A DNA stretch of 64,000 nucleotides from Dicyema japonicum (Eukaryota; Animalia; Dicyemida): the NCBI GenBank assembly GCA_011109175.1, contig RDEW01000040.1, positions 372,001 through 436,000 on the forward strand, given 5' to 3'. The translations under genes were made by a program, and so were the position numbers. The notes under the pieces are model-generated. The model made no database searches, had not been told where the DNA came from, and saw nothing but the letters and a program-made list of their open reading frames with translations. This document shows, one piece after another, positions 52,331 to 64,000 of the stretch (within the stretch, counting starts at the first letter, position 1; each line of letters opens with the position of its first letter).

Positions 52331-52616
52331 GAGTACTACAATTACTATGGGAAACCTGTCCCCACAGGAAAAGTTCCTGCAAACTACATTTGTCACCGTT
52401 GCAATCAGCCAGGACATTGGATTCAAAACTGCCCAACCATCAAAATAGTTGTTTTTTTAGGTCACAGTAGGACCACAACGGAAAACCTATTCCTACAGAG
52501 AAACCGATCGTAGCCCAAATTAAGCGAAGTCACGGAATTCCCAACTCATTCCTCAAACCAGTCTCAGACCTTAACAAACTGGGGGCAGTCCTCACCAGAG
52601 ACGGATCATTTGCGCG
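52331..52616 (+). pseudogene. RBBP6: Isolated intron-containing fragment of RBBP6/Mpe1 (zinc knuckle plus downstream conserved box)
   Basis: PANYICHRCNQPGHWIQNCPT, a 23-nt intron (52448-52470), then IKRSHGIPNSFLKPVSDLNKLGAVLTRDGSFA, compared with human YTCFRCGKPGHYIKNCPT..IKKSTGIPRSFMMEVKDPNMKGAMLTNTGKYA as recalled. No DWNN or RING domain nearby. Confidence 0.8.
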
Positions 52617-55273
52617 TTTTTTTGGTGAGGTGGTGACGTACCTCGTTTCTTAATTTGATCACAGTTGAGAAAAATATCTAAAAAGCAAGGGGTATAAAGG
52701 TATGCATGCATCTAGTCTAAAGCTCCTTAAGTTCAATGCTAGAAACTTATCTACGACCTGGTCGAGGAAGATTCTCTGTGACGACCTGGAGAGATACGAC
52801 GTATCCATTGGGTGCCTACAAGAGACGAAAGTTACTTGTAGCCTTGATGAGAACTACGGCGAATATCGAATAACATGCCTACTGAGCGACTCAAAATATT
52901 ATGGACTTGGATTTGCCATCCACTCAAAGTTGACAAGTGCAGTCCACCGTATATGGAGTGTGAATGACAGGATCTATGTTATACAAATCCGTCTAAACGA
53001 CATACCTCCTTCGAAGAGCTTTCTGACAATTATAAATGTTTATGCGCCACACTGCGGGAGTGTAGCGAAAGATCCGACAGAACTAGACGACTTCTATTCA
53101 ACACTGTATATGAGTCGTCATCACTAATACTCATTGCTGCCGATTTGAATGCGAAAATCGGGATGAAGAATAACCCGGATGATGTTTTCTTGGGAGAACA
53201 TGGACGTGGAATAAGAAACCCACCCGGGACAATACTTGGTCACTTTTGTATGGAAACAACCTTTTCCTATGCAATACTGCATTTACGCATCCTGGCTGCC
53301 ACAAAACTACGTTGATGGGGAAGCGAAGGAACTCAGAGGGAAAGCTGGTCCCAATATACAACCAAATAGATTATGTCATAAGCCGGGCTAAAAACAAACA
53401 CCTTCTAATAAACGCACGTTCATATGAAGGCTCGACGACTGTCAGCGACCACAATATGGTTATTGCGATCTTCACCCTGAAAAAAAACATGCCAAAAATC
53501 ACGAATTTGAGAAAGTCGAAGGCAACTACGCGACCGAAAGGCTGATTTCCCAACCGGAGACTACTGAGAGATATCAACAATACATTCAGACTCATATGCA
53601 GAACGTATTGGCCGATACCTCGTTAGAAGACTCCTGGAAACGCACATATTCATCCAGAGCTTGCGAAAAGTTTTTAAAAAATAAACATGAGAAAATCAAA
53701 TGCCATTGACGATAATACGATAAAAGCCCTTCAGGGCGAAATGCAACGTGTCAGAAGAAAAATAAATAGTCTGAACAAGAAGCTTTTCCTAGAAGAAATA
53801 GCTTCCTGTATAGAAGAGGTAAACAAAGTGAAAGACAACGCACAGGTGTACGTCGCTGCTCGTTTGCCGCGGCGAACAAACCCAAGTCGACTCACCATAA
53901 AAGACGAGAACGGTAAGCTGATACTGAACACCGAAGAACAAACTGAAGCCCCGCGACTCACTTTGAGAAGCTTTTCAACATTAAAACCATAAAAATCCAC
54001 CCATTTGATGGACCCTTGGAAATCAAAACGGCCTGCCGAAAACTCAAGAATAACAGAAGTCCTGGAGCAGACAAAATAAATTCCGAACTACTAAAATACG
54101 GACCCCACTGCCTGTATGACAAAATTGCCATACTACTAAATAGCACTCTACCTCTCAGTACGGGACTACTAATCCCTATACAAAAAATTAACAAAACCAG
54201 AGGACCGCTCGAAAATTTGCGACTCGTCATACTACTAAATTCATTACGCAAAGTCTTAGCAAACATTATGCTTGGACGAATAAAAGGACCTGCTTACAAA
54301 TACCCACTAGATAGTCAAAGTGGTTTTCGAGAAGGGAGATCCACAGATGATGCGGTTTGGAGTCACAGATGGAGGTGTGCAACACATCAAAGATACCGTA
54401 ACGCCACCAATATTCTGGGAATTGACCTATCAAGAGCTTTTGATACGGTTAACAGGAACAAGTTAATGGGAGTACTGAGAGGATTTCTTGATGAGTCGAG
54501 TCTAAGGATGATCCGAATTCTACTTTCCAACACTGAGCTCCTTGTGAGAGTCGGAAAGACCTATTCAAGAAAATTTGAAATATACACGGGCACTCCATAA
54601 GGAGGCTCCCTTTCTCCCCAACTATTCACAATTTATTTGGTAGTCGCTACGAGGGGACTTAGACCGTTATACAAAGGAAAGACGGAAGAAGTACGCGGAC
54701 GATGTAGACCTAATTTCTGAAGACAAAGAGGTCCTGGAACACTAATTAGAAAAAGCACCAGATGTACTAGGGAAATGGTTTCTTAATGTGAACAGAGAGA
54801 AAACAGAACTCACAGACTCATCCGCGGATATGGAAAGACTAGACTCGCTCCACAGAGGTCAGCTGAGAAAAATAACAAGAACTACTTCGCCTACGAGAAT
54901 ATCGAGGAATGCTTTATATAAGAGATGCAGCACTAGACCTATCAGCTTGGAGGTACTGGAATCCCGATGGAAGCTCTTCGGACACGAGCTGAGGATGGAA
55001 TTAACATCCCCACCGAACATATCTATGGAAACATACTATGTTAGTCAAGAAGGCCGCTATCGTGGAAGACCTAGAACAACACTGCAATAGTTTTACAAAA
55101 AGACCTGGTAAATATTAAAATAAATTTAACAACTGCCGACAACTTTGACACTATGAGAGCCTTGGCTAGGAACAGGGGAGCATAAAAAAGGATGACATCT
55201 AACATTGTTTCTTTTGCTGTACATGCAGGCTATAAGTAGTATGGCTCTCGTGAAGTGCTTAAATAATAATAAT
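52617..55273 (+). mobile_element. Near full-length decayed RTE element (copy B)
   Basis: Collinear with 13392-16374; KFNARNL, GCLQETK, NQIDY, VSDH, GIDLSRAFD, GRPR; (TAA)n tail at ~55262-55273. Confidence 0.92.
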
Positions 55274-55399
55274 GGCGCCGTTAAAAGTGCCGGACTAAAT
55301 TCATATGGTTCCAATCTAGCTGCTGTCCATTTCGATCTGAGGTTCCACGCATCTACGATGCTTCTGGGATTGAGGAATGCAGTCGTTATCATTGATTAA

Positions 55400-57030
55400 A
55401 TAGCTTACTAATCTTCGCCTTGTCACTCTTTCCCGCTAAAGTGAGTACTCTGACCCCATCAAGTGATGAAATACTTCCTGTGATCCTGAATTTTCCCTAG
55501 TAACAGTGGGGAGACCGGATCATTTGAATGATCTGATTTCTTTGTCCGTTGAGATCCAGGATTTCGTATTACAAATTCAACTACCTCACCTAAGAACCAG
55601 ATTTTGTCTGGAGGATTTCCCGAATTGTCAACCATGTCATGTTCCCACTTTCAATAAGAAAGGAGACAGAGTGAACCTGATAGCGGTCGGGCTTGTATTC
55701 AGGAAGCTGTAGGATTTATCTATTTCTGATGAAGACCTTGAATTCCTTGACTCCCCGATAACTATAAGTACACAAGCAACGCATACTTGAACGTTCGATT
55801 GATTATTTTTACTCGACCTACCTTATTATTTCTTTGAAGATTAGTTTCACTATACAGGAGATTCATATATCTTCAGGGTGCTCCCTATTTTTATCAATAT
55901 TACCGATTCCTTTTGTTAGGCGACAGACGTATCTGCAATGTTTATTTTGATGAGGAAACAAGCCTCACTATCAGTGAGATTGGTGGTTTGCAAATTTTAT
56001 TCTCTGGATGTTTCTTTCCCGCTCATCTATCCTCGCTAGTAGCTTCCAATATGTTGGTAGAGGATTCTATACTCTTCACGAATTCTCGAACCTGATCTTC
56101 AGCTACTGACTTGAGATTTGGAACCGTCTTCATTCGTTCTTCACTCCATCCAAAGATCATCAACGTAGTCTGGACGATGTTACTTGCAAAGAGTTGCTAG
56201 TAGCTTCCAATATGTTGGTAGAGGATTCTATACTCTTCACGAATTCTCGAACCTGATCTTCAGCTACTGACTTGAGATTTGGAACCGTCTTCATTCGTTC
56301 TTCACTCCATCCAAAGATCATCAACGTAGTCTGGACGATGTTACTTGCAGGGAGTTGTTCAAAAATCTCTTCTAGTCATCGAACCAGCGTTGCCTCGCCT
56401 GACCTTTGTCCGTCTGGAGCTTTTCCCGAGAGTGGGACCTGGTTCAGCGCCATTCCAAGCGGAGCACTGGGAATGTTTATGGAGGAGGATTCTGTTAGAA
56501 TTAGAGTTTCATTAGGTCTTGTGTGCCACATTTGTGCCGATGCGGTGACCTGATCCACGATTTTGGATTACACCTACTCCTCCCTTGTAGGAGGTTTGCT
56601 GGAAGGTCTCCCTGACACAAGGTCCTAAAATAAGTTTTCAGACTGACTATGGATGTAACTGATATCCATTTGTGCGCGAACCCGTCCGCATATGTAAAAA
56701 ATGATGGAACACAACCAGATTGAATGTCCGTCTTTTCACTCGAAGCCGGGAAGTTTCTGGTCTGGGATGTATCCTGCACAGACACCTTCGCTGCAAACAA
56801 CATCCACTAAAGCGCATTCAAAGCCTTCTTGACCTCTGCGAAAGCCGAAATATTGGAAAGAAATAAGTGTGCTGATTTATCTGACGGAGTAGTGTTTACT
56901 CCTCTCGCTGTGGAGATTTCCGGTGCCATGAGACCTTCGACAGTGGAATTTCTTGGAAGTCAGATTCGACGATCTTCGCAAGCGCCGATAGTATTCGAAT
57001 GAGTTTCGCGGTTCAGGATTCTTCATTTAA
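55400..57030 (+). mobile_element. Highly decayed CRE-like element
   Basis: KKGDRVNLIAVGLVFRKL; RLE DGTQPD*MSVF..GKFLVWDVSCTDTFA. Boundaries approximate. Confidence 0.55.
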
Positions 57031-58249
57031 GTAATTACTAATTTTTTACGCTTTGTTGTTTACAATCAAGAACGATAGGTGGATTTTTGTCTAAGAATCC
57101 TGCAAGTTTGGAATAAGGCTGGCATCTCCGTAAGGTCTTCTAGAAAAAACAGCGAAGGCACTGAAAATGGTAGAACTTCAGAAGACATGTTGCTTCTTCA
57201 CCCCATACATCTAAACAGCTTCTCATAGCATTATCTTCTGCTTTTCTGAGCTTTTTTCAACCCCGTTGGGTTTATTCGCTTCATTTGTGGAGTCAAAATA
57301 GAAGAAATCAATACACACAAGAAATCAAAACAGAAGACTGTAGCAAGGAAAAACAACCGTCGCAGGTCATGCTGCGCAAACATGACATCGTCGTCAAACA
57401 AGAAGGTCACTGACCGCGCTTTATCACGAAGAGCGTCATGGGAATGCACAGCTAACACGCATCTGTCATTGATTAAAACCAGTGCGCTCGAAGTTTTTAC
57501 CGCTTTCAACAGAACAGTGATCTTGTCTATGATAAAAAACATCGAGAAAAAGGTGAGTATAACTTAATAATGTGAACTTTATAACTTGGAGCCGCTGCCC
57601 CTATGGCCCCTCTCTAGGCACGCCACTGACTACTGTTAATGATTTTCACCAGGGTCACCTGCTGTATAAGAAAACTGCCTACACTAAAGTTCCTGTTAAT
57701 CAGTAACGAAGCTTTGGAAATAAAAAACTCCAAACTTTTCCATAATTAAAAAATTCTCTTAATCAAGGACCACTCTATGATGTTTGGTCTACAATTCCTT
57801 GACGAATATAAAACTTCATTCGGCTCAGTACCTTTGGTTTTCCCTAAATAAAATGAGAATCATATTACCCTTAGTGACAAATTTCGTAATCTTTGAACTA
57901 TTCTCGAAACTGAACCCCTTCAGTTGCACCTCAAAACGATCCACGACTAATATCTTGACATCAACAAACTTCTGGGATCTTTCCCGCTGAATACTGACAT
58001 AAGTTGAGTTTCTCCATCTCGGAAAATTCTTGTTCCCTTGTCATACCTTCGCTGCGACCATAATATAAAACTATTTGAACATAATCGGACAATAAATTTT
58101 GTCTCTATGTCCTTTCTGCCTCTTAGCCAATCACTTCTCACCTTCAAGTTCTGTGTCATATCAGATACACCCGTAGGATCTCTAGTAGAGTTCGCTTTCG
58201 GGAGTTACTTTCCACCGATTTTTTTCACTTGAAGAGATCGCGAGTAAAT

Positions 58250-58965
58250 AAATAAATAGTTAGTTAAGTGACTCCGGTCATTGCTGCTGGAAGAGATGGA
58301 TGATAGCATTCGAGACAGATCACTGGTTATCATAATACCTTTTTTTTGTACTGGTGTTTGCATAGATAGTGACAAGGATGGTCTGGGCAGTAGACTTAGC
58401 AGAGGAACTGCAGAGCTCTCATTTCCAAATGGTCTTCAATTAGAAGGATCTTCATTCTCAGTGAAGATGATCAATAGAGGTTGATCTGAAACATCTAGTA
58501 ATTGTTCTGAGAGCGATGTTTTGGACTTTTTTGTAGTTTGTCGATAAAAGTGAGGGAGGCAGAGGATAACCAACAAGGACTTGAATGGTTAATTGTGATT
58601 CGAATGAATTGTTTATGTATGATGGTTAGGTCCTCTTTGCTTTGGAGAAGGAATGACCTGACACAGCTTTCAGTATGTTAATTTTTCGAGAGGCCATTGT
58701 GCATTTTTCCACCAAATGTTTCGAGAAAGTCAGTAATTGGTCGATAATGACCCTAATTATTTTTGGGATGTTTCGTAAGAGGAAGTGTATTCCCATGGAG
58801 GAATTCAAGATGCAAGATTTTTATTACTTAGAACCTGACTTGATGGTCGACCAAACGCTTTGGTTAGGTCAATCGATGCAAGGATAGTCCGTTTGGGAGG
58901 ATTGTAATTATTGAACCCATCAAAGATGTATTGAGTCAGGGTAGAGTGATGCGTTGATATGGCAA
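58250..58965 (-). mobile_element. I/ingi-like LINE 3' relic with TTAACTAACTA tail
   Basis: Similar to 43170-44278 (DQLLTFSKH, KINILKAVSGHSF, same tail). Confidence 0.8.
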
Positions 58966-58974
58966 ATAAATCCA

Positions 58975-59188
58975 ATTAATTTTCAGGTTTTGGATAAGTA
59001 CATCAATAAACATCACGAGATTTTAGCGACATCTTTAGGTAAAAAAGTCATTTTTTAAAATCTTATAAAAATTGATTTTAACGAGTCCTATGGGTAAGTG
59101 GAACATTTTACCAAGGTCCTCGACATCTTTAGGTAAAAAAAGTCATCTTTTTTAAATCTTATAAAAATTGATTTTAAGGGGTCCTATT
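58975..59188. repeat. Second locus of the ~94-bp tandem-unit repeat
   Basis: Units start at 59029 and 59123; the upstream TTTTCAGGTTTTGGATAA..CATCAATAAACAT matches ~19213-19248. Confidence 0.85.
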
Positions 59189-59327
59189 TTGAATGGGAAC
59201 CAAATACATAGTAATATTCATAAGCAATTGTTCAATATAAGGAAAATAATTTAAATACCTTAATAATAAATTGAGTTATTAAAGCAAAATACAAGAAAGA
59301 AATTTATAATCAAAACGAGTAAATTTG

Positions 59328-62300
59328 CTACTTCAATGATCGATCCCATTCTACCAAGGCATCATTACAAAGTTTTCGCAGTGCTTCAATGCATCTTAAT
59401 GCAACATTAAATATCACTTATCAATAAGTTCATTCCCAAAGGGTAGTTTTATCTTGTCATACTCTGGACATGAAGTCAATTTTATAAAAAGTTCCATAAA
59501 TCCAATCGGATGGGGCTTTGAAATAACCAATCCTTTAATAAAAATTCTACAATAAAAAAACACCACAACAATAATATAGTCTCACAGAAATCCTTATTAT
59601 CACATGTAATAAAAATGTGCATTATTAGTGATGAATAGTATTCAGTATGCAAATTTGGGTATCGTACGTGATTAAGTAATGCCAAGATAAGAATACATCT
59701 CCCTAATAGTAAATAAATAAAATAACCATTATAGTCAAAATTAACCAACAAATTTTGTATTATGTATACATGATGAGTAGTATCTCCCAATTTCATAGCT
59801 GACATGCCAATGTAGTACATGACAGCATTAATCAACTGCCAGTCATAGGAGGAATATCTGCCTTGTTTTGTCTATCAGTAACACATTAAACAAACCAAAA
59901 TCTCCTTTAAATAAGCGGGAAATGATGATGCATTCTTATCATTTAAATAGTCGTCAATTTGTTGTTTAAGACCAGGTTTATCAGCTATTGGATCATTTCT
60001 TGGTAAAAAGATGACAGGATGAGTATTTCCACTCAGCAATTGTTGGTTAGTAATGTCACGTGGTATAGCAGATATTATGTACTGAATTAAATGGTTCACA
60101 CTCGTGCCAACCGCTGACACCAAGACCATATAGTAGCAGGACAAAAACTCAGGACTAGTCTTTGCTAGCATAAACAGCAATTTGCCAACCATCTACAGAT
60201 TATTAAAATATTACCCTACAATAGTTAATTAATGGAGAAATACTACAAACATCACTAAATGATGGAAACATTTTAGTATACTTAATCCCATTTGCAATGA
60301 TAATAGAGTAAATCCACCACATGTCATGAAATGTGGACATGTAACGAATATTAATGACAGGATTACTTACAATTGATAACCAAGAATGGGCAAAGGAATC
60401 AAAGGCCATTGGTTGTATATCATCCAAGACACGACTATAATTACAAACAAAGCAAACGAAAACATGGCCAAAGTGTGAGTGTTATCAGGTCCCAACATTA
60501 CATTCATTACATTCTTAAACAACATTATTAGAATTCTCTGATAACAGGATTGTGTGTAGAAATGAAACCCCATATTACTCTTAAATGCACAAATAAAGGT
60601 AGAAAGAATCTACATTATAACATAAACTACAATCTGGCATATTAAGGACTTGCCATGAGTGAGACCAAATACTGAGGCACAATTAATCAAGCCCATAAAG
60701 AGCATGATTAGAGCGTCTGCCACAGCAAACATACTAGGAAACACATTATATGAGTGTCGTCCATATCGTGCCATTAGTCTAAATAAATCTCAAAACCAAA
60801 CCTTTCTCCAATTTGTGAGCACACAACCAATGAATTATAAACAAACAAATATAGAAAGTTCTCAACTTTAAATTCCTACCATACAAACACAGTAAACCTT
60901 CATAAAGTTAGTGGGAATGACTGAGATTACGTAATCATATCCACATGACAAGGTCACTTTCTGTTCAACAAGGACTGCCAACAGATTCTTGGCAAAAACG
61001 TGAGTTTCAGAATCAATCTTAAATTTTTCCGACTGAGGAATTGCAAACTCAGTGACGGCGGCAGGACTAAATAATAATAAATCTTACATTTCCTGGTATT
61101 TCTTCAATATCCCGATTGACTTTAACAGTGGTTTTGATAACTATAATATGTAAATACCATAAACCATAGAAATCTTCAAGAAATGATCCAATTCAACCAT
61201 ATAATGAAACTCATCAGCTCGACTAACAGACAAACACTGTAAATCACAAAAATATTTACATTGTACATGTGTTCATCAAAATCAGCCACTCTAACCACAT
61301 GGGAAAGAAAGAATAAAGTAGCGTCCTTATTACGTCTTACAGAGACGTCCTCTTCCCACAACAAACTTAATATATAAAATAACTACTTTAGTATATTATC
61401 TTGTACATTCTGACAAAGAGGACAATCTTTGTACAAGTAGGTAAACAAAGAAGCCATAAATTTATTAGCATTTTCCACATTATGTAATAAATTAGGCTTA
61501 AAGTATAGAAATAGTGTATGAAGAGACTAAATTGTATAATTATTAAACCTGTTTTAACAAACTCAATATGTCAGACTTATTTGATAAGGTTATTCCATCA
61601 AGCTGAGTAATAAGTTGACGAAAACAAAGTTTAATAGAAGGATCACATTCCAGTCTGTCAAAAGACTCCTTCATTATCTCAGAAACTCTTCTTCTGTCCC
61701 CTTCAGTCTTATCTGGTTGGTAATTACCTCGATATCCCTAGCATTAATAATGAATAAACTTGTCTATACTGTGGTTGTAAATATCCTCGATGACCATAGT
61801 CCTATAATATAAAACTTTAAATACAGCAAAAAATGAATTGGAAGACACATAACTATATATTGATGATCGAATAGCTTCCTCAAATACTTTCCAATTATAT
61901 GCTACCAATTGTTCACATAAATAACGAACAGTTTCAGGCTAAAAATTAATATAAAAAATACATCAACATTATAAAAATTATGAAATGTTGACATAATAAT
62001 CCTTATTAAATATGATGAACAATGGTTTTTAACATAACCGAGAGACATAGTTCTATCTATTACATCAAAACTTTCCTATCGTTTTAATATAAAATTACAG
62101 CAGGAGTCATACATATTTGTTTACCATAATAATCACCCAACTCCCATATTACAAATTCCATATCTGAAATTAATTGTCGCTTTATATTTTGATCATTATT
62201 CACCTGAATATTAATATTTTATACAAATTCATCAATTATCAAATAGTTCTTCCATAATCCAAAGGGAGGAGGTTGGGAACCACGTGCAGTCCTTGGTCTT

Positions 62301-64000
62301 TCAGTTCTAGCCCCCGATGTTATATTGACCGTCTTAGTCAACACCAATGGCTGGACATAGTATAGCACATGTGGACTAAACAATTCATCGTCGGGTTTAA
62401 CGGTTTTTTTAATTTCAACAAAGTCCTACAATAATCAATAACAAAACATGTGTTTTCCCTCCTGAAAGAATAAAGCACAACGAGCCGATAGCCAATCCAA
62501 CTGTAGCAGACAATCTCCCCTTAACCTCAAGTAACATTAATAATCTCATTAAGGTAATCATGAAAGTATTTGGATTCTCATAAATCTACCATTTCATAAT
62601 AAATTACAAGTGGAGACTTTGATGAACATTTTAGAAACTCAATAATGAAAACCACGTGAGCATTCAATAATGGTCCAGTAGGGAAAGTAAACAATAATTG
62701 AGCAGACTTTACCAAATCAATATACTAAAATAAATATAAAAATACATGGCCAAATAAGGGATAATCCATCGCAATAGTAAGAGAACCAAGCCATTGAGCT
62801 AGTTTGGTAAGTTGAACTTGATTGAAACTTTCAGTAACTTTAACCAAAGTAGCCTTAATAAATAAAAATCTTACAACACGACATTTTAATGTTTCTTCTA
62901 TACAAAAATCCACCAACGATTCACTACCGGGTTCGTATCTGTCCCACTTTCTCACCAACGCGGCATAAGATGGAAAATTTTGTATATCACTTGCTAAAAT
63001 CTTATTCCAAACCACATAATGGGCAATATAGGCACACATACTCCTAGTGGGGACATCATCATCTTTAAAAATAGTTTTAGCCTACAATGAACACCAATGT
63101 AACTATAGCATCAACGTTTTCCTTGTTTACTCCATTAAAGGCATTAATCACAGATGTAGAAAAATCTTCAGCAACAGGTAAATTAAACGTTTCAGTAACA
63201 TATTGAGGTGGAGGTATCATAGACATTGGATAATCAATGACAATACTTCTTTCAAGAATAAGACCAATATAGTCATTAAGCTTGTAGTAATCGCTACCAC
63301 CCTCGTCAATTATACTAGGTTAAAATAATACTTACTTTATGTAATTGATAAAATATTTACCAGCGATAATAGAATAAAACTTTTTATCATCCGTTAACTT
63401 TGCCAGTGTTTGAAAATTACGGACAATATCCGACCAGTAAGGTTCACTATTATTAGTTGAACAACAACATTTGTATTTTTCTAACATAAATAGCGAGTAT
63501 AAAGTAGACAATATTTTCAATAACTGCCAATGGTTGTCTGTTGAGAGCTGCAATCTCATCAACCAACAATGTCATAAAGACACGGATTACAGACTACAGT
63601 AATGCTTATAATTACTTGAGAAACGGAATCGTTTGTTTGGACAAGCATAAAGTAACGATCGAGAAAATCATCAGTGTCAAGTTTCCGTGATTTCAACGTC
63701 GACATAAACTCGACACCTCTATTAACAGCTGACAAATCTGCAAATAAATCGTAAATAACCCTCATCCGTAAACTTTCTCTCCACCTTTTCCTCAGGTGGT
63801 TCCACCTAGAATGAAGCTTAATAAATACAATTTTGAATAATTCTTTTATCATTCGGTTCTGTTTGGGGTAACCATGACTAGCTGTTAGGTTTAATGCTCC
63901 TTTAACGACCAAATTTATAAACTCGTCGTTTTTCTTTACTCTCAATGGTTGAGGGACTTCGTCACTGCCAGTATCGGCAGCCTTTTGTAAGAAATTAGAA
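59328..64000 (-). CDS. CNOT1: CCR4-NOT scaffold subunit NOT1, strongly diverged, multi-exon, 5' part outside window
   Basis: LTKLAQWLGSLTIA (CAF1-binding MIF4G), FAHSWLSIVS, TSPEFLSCYY, INAVMYYIG, NHVRYPNLHTEYYS, LVISKPHPIG (NOT1 C-terminus). Three introns parsed (22,23,23 nt); TAG stop at 59330-59328. Internal exon structure not fully resolved. Confidence 0.85.

Noticed and set aside
57230-57628. Possible hAT relic with a TIR-like end (TAGGCACGCCACTG at 57615-57628)
   Set aside because: Protein similarity is too faint and no partner TIR was found.

Overview
AT-rich eukaryotic (animal) scaffold, not prokaryotic, with N gaps at 2662, 7208-7281, 8820-8973, 26378-26432 and 28912-29717. Seven recognisable host genes form small compact islands: a PRPS/PRPSAP-family gene, ALYREF-like, cathepsin L, CCDC61, TESK, mitochondrial TrpRS, and the 3' part of CNOT1. 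There is also an intron-containing RBBP6 fragment. These genes are split by ultra-short spliceosomal introns: 34 parsed by hand, all 21-29 nt, one of them GC-AG. All three standard stop codons are used. Animal-type genes, a centriole/basal-body gene and ~24-nt introns point, by inference only, to a dicyemid mesozoan or similar reduced parasite. Most remaining sequence is a nest of decayed transposons: RTE, I/ingi/Jockey-like, R4-like and CRE-like non-LTR elements, plus pogo/Tigger and hAT (Buster, SPIN-like) DNA transposons. Best leads: (1) a virus-like 2A/StopGo peptide ahead of a LINE endonuclease; (2) a PRPSAP-like pseudoenzyme lacking the usual loop insertion; (3) a 5'-terminal motif shared by three RTE copies; (4) a TTAGGG-like higher-order hexamer array at a broken R4 element; (5) an open, intron-retaining RBBP6 fragment wedged between transposons; (6) the intron system itself, including GC-AG and stopless 3n introns. 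All homology calls are from motif recognition, not database searches. Many transposon boundaries are approximate.
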